From the NCBI GenBank assembly GCA_963846575.1, contig CAWJWJ010000002.1, positions 832,001-896,000 on the forward strand: a stretch of DNA of 64,000 nt, read 5' to 3'. This stretch comes from an uncultured Nitrospiraceae bacterium (GTDB lineage: Bacteria; Nitrospirota; Nitrospiria; Nitrospirales; Nitrospiraceae). The translations under genes and the position numbers were made by a program. Below are positions 36,029-46,900 of this stretch, in pieces. The notes beneath the pieces were generated by a model. That model made no database searches. It was not told the origin of the DNA and worked only from the letters and a program-made list of their open reading frames with translations. The number at the start of each line of letters is the position of its first letter. Within the stretch, counting starts at the first letter, position 1.

Positions 36029-39000
36029 TAGTTGTCCTCCGAGGTCGCGTCGGCTGTCGCCGGGACCAGCTGGCGCTCCCGACGATGGAGCACGAGATAA
36101 TGCATCACGGGCACAACTAGCAAGGTCATCATCGTGCTCACGGCCAATCCGCCGACCACTGCGCGCGCCAGGGGCACCATTGTTTCGTTCCCTTCACCGA
36201 AGCCGAGCGCCAGCGGGAGAAGGCCGAGGATCGTGGCGAGCGCCGTCATGAGAATCGGACGGATGCGGCGGCGACCGGCTTCCAGTACCGCCTGTTCGGC
36301 GCGGGCACCATGGCGCACCATGCGATTGGCAAAATCCACCAGGAGGATGCTGTTCGACACCACGATGCCCATCATCATCAGTGTCCCGATCATGGACTCG
36401 ACGTTGACCGAGGTGTTCGTCACATGCAGTGTCAGAACCGTCCCGATCCATCCCAACGGCACGGCCACCAGGATGATCAACGGATCGATGAAGGAGCGAA
36501 ACAATGCCACCATCACCAGGTAGATGAGCATCACGGCAAGGGGCAGCGCCAGGGCGAAGTTCTGAATGGCCGCCCGCATGTTGGCGACCTCCCCACGCAG
36601 TTGCACGGTGACGTCTTTGGGCAGGGTAATACCGGCCAAGACCTGTTCGATATCCTTCGCCACCCGGCCCAGGTCGTTTCCGACCGGCGTCACCAGCACA
36701 TTGATCAATCGCGACAAATCGTAGTGGTCCACCGAATCGGGGCCGGTCTTGAAATTCAGTGACGCTACGTCCCGCAGCAAGAGCGGTGGCCCGCGCCGAT
36801 CGTCGCCGGACGCATAATAACCGGTGGCGAGTTCCATCTGCCGTCCGGCGAAGGGCGTGTTCTGCAATGCCAGGGTGGACCCCTGCATCCCGCCCCCCGT
36901 GAGGCTGGCGGTGGGCAGCAGCGGCGTGCGGGCGCCGATGATGGGAATGTTCAGCAGATCCTCGGTCGTGGTCAGCGATTGCTCGGGGTACTGCGCCAGA
37001 AGAAAGTATCCGTTCGCGGTTTTGGGATCCAACCAGTAATTCGGAGACAGGGCCAGGTTCGAGCTGATGCCGGTCACGACGTCGACGACCACCCGGTTCT
37101 GATTGACGCCGTAATAGGCCGCCTTGGTCCGGTCCACGTCAATGTGCAACTCCGGATAACTTTTCCCTTGCTTGATGCGCACGTCGACCGTGTTGGGAAC
37201 CTGCGCGATCTGTTGCTGAATCCGCTCCGCCACGGGCCGGATGAGGTCGAGGTTCGGCCCTTTGACCTGAATGTCGATCGGCGCCTTCAGCCCGAAGTTC
37301 AACACGTCGCTGATGATGCCGCCGGTTTGGAACGCGACTTCCACGCCGGGCAGTTCGGAGGCGAGTTTTTCGCGCAACGACGCGATGTAGTCTTCCGAGC
37401 GGCCCTCGTGGCCGGAGATCAGATTCACGAGCACGAAGGCGGTATGGTTTCCGGTGTTGGGGGCGAAGCGGGCGGCGTCTCCATAATACAGGCCTGAGTT
37501 GGAAATCACTTCTTCCAGCTCGGCTTTCGGGATGGTCTCCTGCACCAGTTGTTCAATCCGCCCCACAATCGCGGTGGTCTTCTCGATGCGCGATCCTTCG
37601 GGCGCTATCACCATCATGGTGAAATTGCCCGCGTCCACCTTAGGGAAAAACTCGGTGTGGAGCAGAGGGACGAGCACAAGGCCTGTGGCCATCAAGGCCA
37701 GGGTGGCCAGGGCGATGACCAACACCTTGAGTCGCAGCCCGGTTTTGAGGAGGGGTTCATAGATCGCGAGTACATAGCGGAACCACCCTTCGTCGGCCGA
37801 GGAATCCTCCGGGGCCCCGTGACCGTGCCCGGTCTGATAGAGCCAAGCCAGGATGACGGGAGTGACCGACATGGAGACGACATAGTCCGCCAACATGGCG
37901 AATGCGACCGTCATGGCGAGCGGGACAAAGAGATACTTGATGATGCCGGTAAAAAACATGATCGGTAGATAGACAATCAGGATGCAGATGGTCGCCACGA
38001 GAATCGGGAGAGTCAGTTCGGTCGCGCTGTCTTCCGCCGCGGAGCGCCCGTCTTTGCCCATCTCCAAATGCCGGTGCAGGTTCTCCTGCACCACGATATT
38101 GTTGTCCAGCAAGGTTCCTATGACCAGCGCCAACCCGCCCAGCGTCATGATGTTCACGGTTTGCCCGGTGAGGTACAGGGCGACCAAAGCGGCGGTCAGC
38201 GAAAGCGGAATGGCCAGACCGACGACGAGCGCGGCCTTGGCACTCGCCAGAAATACAAAAATCATCAACCCGGCCAGTCCGGCGCCGAGGAGTCCCTCTT
38301 TTTGGAGATTCGCGATGGCTTGACGGATGTAGAGCGACTGGTCGTAGAGGAATTTGACCGTGGCGTCGGCGGGAATCTCCGTCAGTTTGGACAGTTTGTC
38401 CCGCATGCCGTCCGTCACCTCGAGCGTGTTGGCGCCTTCCTGGCGGGTGATCGGAATATAGGTGGCTTCGCGTCCGTTCACGCGCACGATGGAGGTCTGG
38501 ATGGCCGCACTGTCGGACGCCGTGCCGATGTCGCGTACTAGCACAGGGGTGCCGTTCACGATCTTGATGGGAATGTCGTTGATCTTGTCGACCACGTCGA
38601 TGAGGCTGTTGGAATAGACGTAGTAGTCCAGATCGCCGATTTTGAGGTTGCCGGCGGGAATGATGGCGCTCTGTGAATTGATCGCCGTGACCACTTCGGA
38701 AGGAGAGATGCCGCGCGCCAGCAGGCGCTGCTGGTCGAGGAACACCGTGATCTGCCGGACTTTGCCGCCCAGCGGCGGACCGAAGGAAATGCCGGGAATG
38801 TTGGCGATCTGCTGGCGCACGGTGAAGTAGGCCAGGTCGCGTATTTCCTTGGGACCGAGGGACTCGCTGGAGATGGAGAGCAGGCCCACCGGGAGACTGG
38901 AGACGCCGAATTTATAGACCGAGGGCGGGTACACGCCGGGCGGCAGGAGCCGGATGATGCTATAGGCCAGACTCGTCAACTCGGATTGGGCCGCATCGAT

Positions 39001-39297
39001 GCTGTAGTCCGGCTGAAAAAAGACCTTGATGTAACTCATTCCGGCAAGCGACTGTGATTCGATGTGCTCCACGTAGCTCGCTTCGACGAACCGCTGTTCC
39101 ATCTTGAGCGTAATGGCGCCTTCCATCTCGCCGGGGCTCAACCCTCGATAAAACGTGGTGACGAGAATCGAGGGCAGCTTGATCTCGGGAAAGATGTCCA
39201 CGCGCATTTTCTGGTAGGACACGCCCCCCAGAATAAGCGCGATCATGCAGAGAGCGAACACGGCATAGGGGTTTTTGAGCGCGGCGCGAGTCAGCAT
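36028..39297 (-). CDS. RND efflux permease (AcrB/NolG-like)
   Basis: VDIFPEI, NIMTLGGLAL, EFFPKVDAG, RRIRPILMTALATILGLLPLAL, PLARAVVGGL. Confidence 0.95.
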   Translation of the reverse strand: MLTRAALKNPYAVFALCMIALILGGVSYQKMRVDIFPEIKLPSILVTTFYRGLSPGEMEGAITLKMEQRFVEASYVEHIESQSLAGMSYIKVFFQPDYSIDAAQSELTSLAYSIIRLLPPGVYPPSVYKFGVSSLPVGLLSISSESLGPKEIRDLAYFTVRQQIANIPGISFGPPLGGKVRQITVFLDQQRLLARGISPSEVVTAINSQSAIIPAGNLKIGDLDYYVYSNSLIDVVDKINDIPIKIVNGTPVLVRDIGTASDSAAIQTSIVRVNGREATYIPITRQEGANTLEVTDGMRDKLSKLTEIPADATVKFLYDQSLYIRQAIANLQKEGLLGAGLAGLMIFVFLASAKAALVVGLAIPLSLTAALVALYLTGQTVNIMTLGGLALVIGTLLDNNIVVQENLHRHLEMGKDGRSAAEDSATELTLPILVATICILIVYLPIMFFTGIIKYLFVPLAMTVAFAMLADYVVSMSVTPVILAWLYQTGHGHGAPEDSSADEGWFRYVLAIYEPLLKTGLRLKVLVIALATLALMATGLVLVPLLHTEFFPKVDAGNFTMMVIAPEGSRIEKTTAIVGRIEQLVQETIPKAELEEVISNSGLYYGDAARFAPNTGNHTAFVLVNLISGHEGRSEDYIASLREKLASELPGVEVAFQTGGIISDVLNFGLKAPIDIQVKGPNLDLIRPVAERIQQQIAQVPNTVDVRIKQGKSYPELHIDVDRTKAAYYGVNQNRVVVDVVTGISSNLALSPNYWLDPKTANGYFLLAQYPEQSLTTTEDLLNIPIIGARTPLLPTASLTGGGMQGSTLALQNTPFAGRQMELATGYYASGDDRRGPPLLLRDVASLNFKTGPDSVDHYDLSRLINVLVTPVGNDLGRVAKDIEQVLAGITLPKDVTVQLRGEVANMRAAIQNFALALPLAVMLIYLVMVALFRSFIDPLIILVAVPLGWIGTVLTLHVTNTSVNVESMIGTLMMMGIVVSNSILLVDFANRMVRHGARAEQAVLEAGRRRIRPILMTALATILGLLPLALGFGEGNETMVPLARAVVGGLAVSTMMTLLVVPVMHYLVLHRRERQLVPATADATSEDN

Positions 39298-39725
39298 GGA
39301 GAGGTCAGTCGTGCAGTACAGTTATGTTCGATCCAGAATTTCCAGAGGTGGTGGACCACCGTGATAAGGTCTTCAAACTGGCCCGGTTTTACGACATAGC
39401 CGTTCGCGCCAGCCTGGTAGCACGCGTGGATATCCAGCGCGTCGTCGGAACTCGTGAGGATCACAATGGGGATATGCGAATAGAGGCGATGTTGCTTGAG
39501 CTGTCTCAGAAGATCCAGGCCGCGTTCGCCTCGTAACTTGAGGTCCAGGAGGATGAGGCCGGGCTCGTCCCTGTTCAAGTGATCGTTGAGGTGTTTCATC
39601 ATCGCGAGGCCGCCGTCGGTCATGTCCAACCTGCCTTTGTACCCCGCCTGCTCAAGCGCCTGGCGAAACAGTTCACATTCACCGGGGCTGTCATCGACCA
39701 CCAGAATAGAAGAGGAGTTGGGCAT
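39291..39725 (-). CDS. Single-domain response regulator, Rcp1/phytochrome-associated type
   Basis: ILVVDD, ILLDLKL, IPIVILTSS, CYQAGANGYVVKP, C-terminal FW motif. Confidence 0.9.
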   Translation of the reverse strand: MPNSSSILVVDDSPGECELFRQALEQAGYKGRLDMTDGGLAMMKHLNDHLNRDEPGLILLDLKLRGERGLDLLRQLKQHRLYSHIPIVILTSSDDALDIHACYQAGANGYVVKPGQFEDLITVVHHLWKFWIEHNCTARLTSPC

Positions 39726-40008
39726 GCCTGAGAGAACAGCACGGAATGTGCCCGACTCTCTTCGTCACACATAAGTTATATTTAATCCTTAAAAAACAAG
39801 AGTGTGCACTATATAGATGATGCGATTGATAATCTATCTACGGCGTGTGGACGTGGAAGGAGTGGGGAGAAATTCCAGTGCGGTAGGGAATAAATCCAGA
39901 GCTGTGAAAACGTCGGTGGACGGCACTGCCGTCTGACGCCTCGGCATCTCGCGCCGCTCGGTTATGGGGGCAGGTCCCCTCGCTTCAAGCGAGGCCGCCG
40001 GAGTGCCA

Positions 40009-41307
40009 TCACCGACCGCGGCCTGCCCCGTGACTGAAAGAGTGGCCGCCGCTCGCACCCGCGATTGGGCCACCCCCGGATCGAGGACCAACGGAGGGAC
40101 TCTGCTGCGAGAGTGAGGGTGAGGTGCGAATGTTCGGGGGGCTCGGCTGCCAGAAATGAGAGGGATGGAGTTGGTAGGGTGGCGGCTGAGGTGAAGGTTG
40201 ATAGGTCGCTGGCGGAGCAGACCTCGGTGCCTGGAGGTTGACGATATCGCCGACCTTTGCCGGCACGCCTGCGGGCGTCAGCAGCGGCGGGATATATGAA
40301 GACACCGGCGGTCTGGGTGGCGTCACCGACGACTGACGGAGAGTTTGCTTAGACAGGGGCGCCATGTCAGGCGAAACGGTGCCGTTCTGCATCGTGATCA
40401 TGCGTTGCGCGAGCGCCAGATGGCGGTGGCGGGGAGAGAGGCGTTGCGCTTGAAGGAGGAGCCCATTGACGCCGCCTACGACAATCCCGGGATAGGAGTA
40501 AAAGCCCATCGTCGGGTAGGTCCAACTGGTCCAGGCTTGGGACACCAGCGCATTCGCTTGCAGCTCGTCAAACATGTCCCGCCGGCGTTGGGTGAGTGTC
40601 TGCACCTCTTCCGGCGATGTCGCGGCGGCCAGCGACTGGTTGGCGGCATCGAGCTGCTGCTGCAGTTGATCGGTTTCGGCGCGGAGCGCCGCGAGTTCCT
40701 GCCTGGCGCTCTCGTTGTCCCGCAGGGCCGTGATGGCCTGTGCCACTTCATGGGGATCGATCTCCGCCGTCAGGTCGGCTCGGACTATGGTGCTGCCCTG
40801 CTCCATCCGGGTCGTGATCGACTGATTGAGGATATTGACGATGCCCGCCGTATAGGTGCGGATGTCCTCTCGCGTCACATCCATATCCCTGACCTCGGTG
40901 ACACTCTCTAAGTAAGTTGAGACCTGTTCAAGCGCCTCTTTCTTAGCGGCCTCGACCGCCAAACGCAGAGCATCGGCCCTGGTGTCGTGTGCGCCCATGC
41001 GGTACTCCGCGCTGGCCGTGACTTTCCGGACCTTGGCGGGGATTGCCGGCCGGCCATCGGCAGGAGCAGGTATGGAAGCGGAAGCCGGGGCAGCCGTCTG
41101 CGGGGCATCCGCCTCCCGTACCACGAGCTTGTCGCGATACTTCTCAGGGATTGAGTGCAATTCGTTGGTAAAGGTGAGGATGCCCGCGTCGTCGGTATAG
41201 GTATAGATGGCAGCCGATCCCAGGCTGAGTGATGCCGCGACTGCCTGGGTCGCGAGCGAAAGAAGAAGTGCCGTGCAGAGTTTCAATGCGCCGCGGGAGA
41301 AGTGCAT
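40009..41307 (-). CDS. Exported DUF4124-domain protein with an FlgT-N/LPP20-like region, coiled coil and Pro-rich tail
   Basis: Signal peptide; IYTYTDDAGILTFTN...IPEKYR (DUF4124); RADALRLAVEAAKKEALEQ. Confidence 0.75.
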   Translation of the reverse strand: MHFSRGALKLCTALLLSLATQAVAASLSLGSAAIYTYTDDAGILTFTNELHSIPEKYRDKLVVREADAPQTAAPASASIPAPADGRPAIPAKVRKVTASAEYRMGAHDTRADALRLAVEAAKKEALEQVSTYLESVTEVRDMDVTREDIRTYTAGIVNILNQSITTRMEQGSTIVRADLTAEIDPHEVAQAITALRDNESARQELAALRAETDQLQQQLDAANQSLAAATSPEEVQTLTQRRRDMFDELQANALVSQAWTSWTYPTMGFYSYPGIVVGGVNGLLLQAQRLSPRHRHLALAQRMITMQNGTVSPDMAPLSKQTLRQSSVTPPRPPVSSYIPPLLTPAGVPAKVGDIVNLQAPRSAPPATYQPSPQPPPYQLHPSHFWQPSPPNIRTSPSLSQQSPSVGPRSGGGPIAGASGGHSFSHGAGRGR

Positions 41308-41754
41308 CAGGTCCCCCGTTTCTTTAGGTACTCACCATACCACACCACGGCGGTGCGAATCGCGAGCCGGAGACTTGGATAAGTATGCTCCGAGCGGGTT
41401 GGGTTTTGTCGTCCTCCGGCGGACAGCCTGATGGTTGGCCGGGGTTCGGGGGATGCCCGGTCCCGCTCGCGAGGTAGACTCCCAGGCGGTGGCTAAGGGG
41501 CGTTGAAAGCCTCAGCGTCAGTGGAGTAGCGGAGAATACTGCTCAACGGAAAGATGGACCATATGCCCGAGTGATCTGTGAGCACGATCAAAGGGGATGG
41601 CTCATGATCTGTATGCCTGGCGGCAGCTGTGCGATCGACATATTGTCGTAAATGTTGGTTTGCAAGATCTGACCCCTTCGGCATTCATTCAAGACTGACG
41701 CACTTTGCAATGTCACCCTCCGATGTTAGTTCCACAGTTCCAAGATCTGTGGCC

Positions 41755-42141
41755 CTATTCGGTGATGCCCGGTGCAAGCTGAGTATGCGTCCGTCGCGCC
41801 AGATAGAAACGGTGATTGCACACCCGGCAGCGGAAGGGATAGTAACCGACGGTCTTGGCGAGGCAATCTCGCCACCCAACCCGGCGAGACCGGTACACCA
41901 TCTGGCCACATCGTATGCAATCCAAAGCCGAGGGTTGCGCTCTCGGCCTGTGATGCCGTAACCACGTAGTCAGCCCCCGGAAGAATCTCTTTCCTGCTCC
42001 CAAAGGCGGGCGCTGCGAACCACCGGCCCAACAGGTAATGCTCTCCCAGTGGGACGATAGTATAAGCCACCACCACGGAGGGGTGACCCCACCGGATCTT
42101 CTGAGGCGTCGGCTGGTAGAACTTGCTCGAACCGGTTCCAT
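41755..42141 (-). CDS. Small zinc-ribbon protein (CxxC...CxxC)
   Basis: CIRCGQMVYRSRRVGWRD...YYPFRCRVCNHRF; its ATG directly follows the upstream TAG. Confidence 0.65.
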   Translation of the reverse strand: MEPVRASSTSRRLRRSGGVTPPWWWLILSSHWESITCWAGGSQRPPLGAGKRFFRGLTTWLRHHRPRAQPSALDCIRCGQMVYRSRRVGWRDCLAKTVGYYPFRCRVCNHRFYLARRTHTQLAPGITE

Positions 42142-43329
42142 CTAGGAAATCACGAGGTGCTTGGAACCACGACCCGTGAGAGGGAAAGCCTCGTCTCCCA
42201 CCCCCGGAACGTTTTCCCGCAATAAGTCGTGGATTTGTGCACCAATTCGGATGGGGTGGAGATAGCGGTCAAAGTACTGGGCACTTTCTCTCTTCATGTC
42301 TTCATGCAAATTAGGCTGACCAAGCAGTTCCTGCACCATTTCAGGAATCATGGCGTAGTGGGAGTCAGAGGCGACCGGGTCCTCATTGGAGGTTGTCGCA
42401 TTGAGCGAATAGTAGTGTTGGTTTGGAACCAAGCGAGCGGGCCAAAGCGTCTTTGGATGTTGATCGAGCACCGTGCAGGCTCCCAGTGCCAGGAGGTCGG
42501 TCATGCGCCAGGACATACAGTGGTGATTGCCCAGACGGGAAATGTTCAGCTTGGATCGGGCTGTCACATCCCAGAGTTGCTTCAGGCCGAAGCGCGCGGT
42601 GATTGTTGGAATCCCGCTCAGGCGCAGGCGTCTGGCCTGAGCTTCAGTATCCCCGATCACCAACTCTGCCAATAAAAATTTCTTGGCCCGTACCTTCGCC
42701 ATCGCTTCGAGTAGCCGTATGCTGTGTTCGACCCCCTCGATGCCGCTCGGTCCCCCCCACACGCGTACATAGAAGCAGAGATCGAAGACCGGCGGGCACT
42801 CCCTCAGCGCTTTCAGCTTCTCGATATGGGGAAGAATTACGGGATTACAGTTGTAGAACGGGCGCACTCGCGGGTCGTATCGTTGCCCCGCCCAGTAATT
42901 CGTCTTCAGGTAGAGATCGCATCCATCTAGCAATGACGGAGAATTGATCGCGCCAGAGTCATGGGTGTCAATGCAGACTTTCGCACTACAAAGCGCGTCA
43001 AGCCAGAATAAATATTCACCCACGAGGGAAGCGGAAGGGGCGGTTTGCGCGCCGACATGTTGCGCGACCCAATCGAGATATTCACCGACTGCTACCACCC
43101 TGCTTCCTAACACGCGTCGAAGAGTCGAGGCATCGCGGACCCGCCGAAGCACTTTGAGAACAGTGGGAAAGTGTGTGCGACACAAGACCCGGAGGTCTAG
43201 TCCTTGCGATCGGAGAAATTGCCTGAGCCCCGTTTGATAGTACTCTTGATATCGGTCGTGCCACTTGTCGTAGGGAAAGGTCTTCGCTACCACCGAACTC
43301 GGGGCGCGATCAACGGCTACGGTCATCAT
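42142..43329 (-). CDS. Putative glycosyltransferase, CgeB/Glyco_trans_1_2-like
   Basis: AAGGAGG RBS before 43329; DLYLKTNY, RSKLNISRLG...SWRMTDLLALGACTV, YFDRYLHP. Confidence 0.6.
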   Translation of the reverse strand: MMTVAVDRAPSSVVAKTFPYDKWHDRYQEYYQTGLRQFLRSQGLDLRVLCRTHFPTVLKVLRRVRDASTLRRVLGSRVVAVGEYLDWVAQHVGAQTAPSASLVGEYLFWLDALCSAKVCIDTHDSGAINSPSLLDGCDLYLKTNYWAGQRYDPRVRPFYNCNPVILPHIEKLKALRECPPVFDLCFYVRVWGGPSGIEGVEHSIRLLEAMAKVRAKKFLLAELVIGDTEAQARRLRLSGIPTITARFGLKQLWDVTARSKLNISRLGNHHCMSWRMTDLLALGACTVLDQHPKTLWPARLVPNQHYYSLNATTSNEDPVASDSHYAMIPEMVQELLGQPNLHEDMKRESAQYFDRYLHPIRIGAQIHDLLRENVPGVGDEAFPLTGRGSKHLVIS

Positions 43330-43962
43330 CTCAGGCCTCCTTCTACAACTGCCCAACGTCGATGTCCCGAGCAGCGCAGCCACACGCTAAAACCATCAGT
43401 AGATCCACTGTGAATGGTTTGGCATACACTAAGTGCAACGACGTATCCTGTCAATACATTTTGGACGTCGCACGCAAGAAATATTAGTTGTATTCGACTG
43501 AAAAACCGTGGATTTAATTGGAGGGTGGTTCTAGCGCTCGGAGAGGGGCGTTGGTTAAAGGTTGAGGCGGTCTCTCCGCGACCTGCGGCAAAATTCAGGT
43601 TCGCTATTCAAAATCGTGACAGCTTGTTCCCGCGGGTCTGAATTTTTTTCATCGGCCTGCCGTCTCAACTCGGATGTATGTCCGGTACCGTCACGTCAAG
43701 GCCGTTCAAAGTGCGTCAGCGCCTGATCGTGATCGGCCTTGGCCTGGTCAAGAATCGTGAGCCGATGGCTCACCTTCTGTCTGAATCTGCCGAATGGTTG
43801 TTGTACCGGCGGGGTGCACCGCCAACTACGAAGCGATCGTACCAGCCTGTTGAGTTACACGTACGATCGCCGCGACTGAGCCTGACCGGACGAAGGAGCG
43901 GTCAGACTGCAGACCACAAGTAGGCAGGCGATCCGAGGAATGGCAAGTCGGGCCGTCACCGC

Positions 43963-46900
43963 TTATCGTTGTCGTGTGGTGGCGTATCTGGTGCTGTCCA
44001 TCTCGGTGATCTCCATCAGATCCTGGCTTGTGAATTCGTACCACATCGTGCCGATCTGTCCTGAACGTTCGTCATAGAGCACCATTTGGCCGCGAGAGGG
44101 TTCGGGTCTGCCGCGAACCGGATCCCGGCCGATCTTGACGTCCATTTTGCCTTCCGATGTTGTCCCGTCCGTCGAGACGAGCGTGAATTTGGCGTTGGCC
44201 TCGATCGTCAGCGTCTTCTCCGGCAGGAACTGATTGTTCGGCGTCATCTTCCAGCGACCCACGACTTCCGGCACCACGCGCGCGCGTGGTGCCATCTGTC
44301 GCACGGCCAAGCGCGACCGTTCCTGGTCCTGTTGCAGCTGCATGTCGATATAGGGGCGTTTCTCCCCGCCCATGCCGGCATAGGGGTCGCGAGGCCGGCG
44401 CGGATGCAGGCGGCCCATGGCCATGTTCAGTTCGTTGAGCTGTCCCCGCAGGTGGTCCGGCAGGTTGCGGCCGGCTTCGTATAAGACCTGTTGCGCGCCT
44501 TCCGGATCGCCCTTCGTCATCAATTCCTTGGCTAGATAGAATTGCGCCTCCGCTGCTGGCGCGCCGGCCAGGCCGCTGAAATTGGTATCGCCTTTTGCAT
44601 TCCCGATCTGTGGCATGCCGGCCATTCTCAATGGTCCGTACATGGCGGCGGCCCGGAGGTGCTCGATCGATTCGTCATGGTTTCCCATCGCCGAGAGCAG
44701 TTTGCCGGTTCGCAGATGAGCGTCGGCCACGAGCGTGGAGGCGTTCTTGGGCGCCATGACCACGGCTCCCTTTTCGGGTGTCTGATCCGGCCACATGGCG
44801 GTGAACATCTGCCGTGACTCAAATCCCCGGCTCATCCGTTTTTCATATCCCAACACGGCCAGATAATGGATCAGTGCGTCATCCTGATTGCCGTTGTGCT
44901 CGGCAATGCTGGCGAGGTGAAGGCGCGTTTGAATGGCCAGTCCGAACTCTAAAGCATCCCGGCCCAGAGGCGCGCCGGCCTCCGGTTTCCGCTCGTCCAA
45001 TTGCAGACGCGCTTCTTCCAATGCCAGGGCGATGCGGTAGTCGGCTGACGCCTCCTCCGGTTTCTCGTCGGCTTCGTGGATCACGCCGAGATAGGCGGGG
45101 ATGCGGGCATCTTCAGGATCGATCGGCTGGGCTCGGGCCAGATAACCCGTCGCCGCTTGCCAGGCCGTTTTCTCCATGCGTGTCCAGGCCAGCCGCAGCA
45201 GGGGAGCAACGGTGGTTTGGACGAGATTGGCGGCGATCAGTCGCTGTTCTTCCGCCTTCTCCCGCTGCCCCGTTTGCGCGTAATGCTGCACCAGGCGATC
45301 CTGGGCTTCCAACGACTTCGGGTCGAGCTTGACCGCTTGCTCGAGATAACCCTGTGCCTCGGCTGCCTTGCCGTCCCACAGGGCCAGGTCCGCCAGAATG
45401 AGATAACCATCGACGGTGCCTTTGGTCACCTTGGCGGCGGTTTCCAAGGCTGACTTGGCCCGGCGGCGAAGTTCGGCCGCCATGGCTTCAAGCTGCGCAG
45501 CCCGGTTCAGATCGGCCTGCGAGGGCGGATAACAGGTCGTCGTCGTCACGCGATAGATGCCGTCGCTCCGGTTTTCGTCATGGGATGAACTCGAGCAACG
45601 CTCCTGCCGCAGACCCCAGGCCTCGTTGGAAAGTTGGTTGGCGCGCATCGCTTTGAATTTTGCATAGAGCCGCAAGGCATCGGGATTGTTGCCGGCCAGG
45701 CCCACGGCCTGATCGGCCAGCTTGTCCGCCTGGCTGTATTGTTTCAGGGCCGTCAGGGCCAAGGCTTTCTGCATCATGGCGCCCACGTGCTTGGCGTGAA
45801 GCGCCAGGGCTTGGTCAGCGATGTGAATCGCCCGTTGTAATTCCTTCTCGCGAGACTCCTGGAAGCGGTAGGGCTGGAGTTCCCGGCGCGGTTCCACGTG
45901 CTCACCGCGGTTGTCGGCCTCCTCGATCAGGTACGTGGCCAGGTTGACGAGTGTGTCGGGATTTTTGGGGTTGTCGCGCACCGCATTGTCGAGGACCCGC
46001 AAGCGTTCCTGGTAGAGCTCGTCATATCGACGCCGCTCGCCGCCCATCACGCGATGCAGCTTCGAGGCGATGGCAACCAGGTGTTCCATCGGTTTGCCGC
46101 CGCGGGCCGACTCTCGTAACGCCTTCATCAATGATTCGGTCGTCCCGCTCACCCTATTGCCGCCCAATTGCTCCTCCACAGCCAGGCGCGCGGATCTGGT
46201 CGAGAGCCATCCCCCTTTCTGATACACGGCGAGGTCCGCAGCCATCCGTTTCTCATCGCCGAGTTGGGCCGCGGCCGTGGCCCGTCCTGCATAGGCCTCC
46301 GGGTAATCGCTTTTCAGGGCGAGCGCCGTCGTGAATGCGTGGCGGGCGCTGGCCGGTCGACCGGCGTCGAGCCAGGCCTTCCCTGCCTGGTAGTGCGCAT
46401 CGGGGTCACCGGGGTTCGCTGCGAGCGCGCGCTCCACATGGGCCATGGATGCATCGGGGGTTTTTCCGCCGGACGTGTGTTTGGCTCGTGAGACGTTGAG
46501 CGAAGCCAGCTCGGGACGCCGGTAGTTCCGTTCCGCGAAGAGTTGACCGGCTTTCAGCAGAGCCTGCCGCATTTGCGGTCCCTTAAGGGTGTTGGGGTTG
46601 CCCGATCCTCCCTGATCCGGAGGCAGGCGATGCTTCTGATATTCCATCGCGAGCCCGTAGATGATAAAGGAGCCGTAGTCGGTCGTGTAATCGTCATGGC
46701 CCTGAGCCATATGTCCGGGGATGCTGACGACGGCGGGGCGTCCGGAGTTGAGGCTTCTGGGCCCGCCTCCGAGGGCATGGTCCGGGACGAGGATGGTTCC
46801 GCTCATCGCCTCGGTTGCCCAGAGCCACAGCTGGGCCTCGCGGCCTTTGAGTCCCAGGCGTTGAGCCCGGTCGAGGTCTTTCTGTGCGCGAGGGAAATTC

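Noticed and set aside
43434..43450. Sigma54 -24/-12 candidate on the minus strand (GG-N10-GC, CAGGATACGTCGTTGCA)
   Set aside because: Spacing and TTGC fit, but the TGGCAC half matches poorly; chance occurrence is plausible
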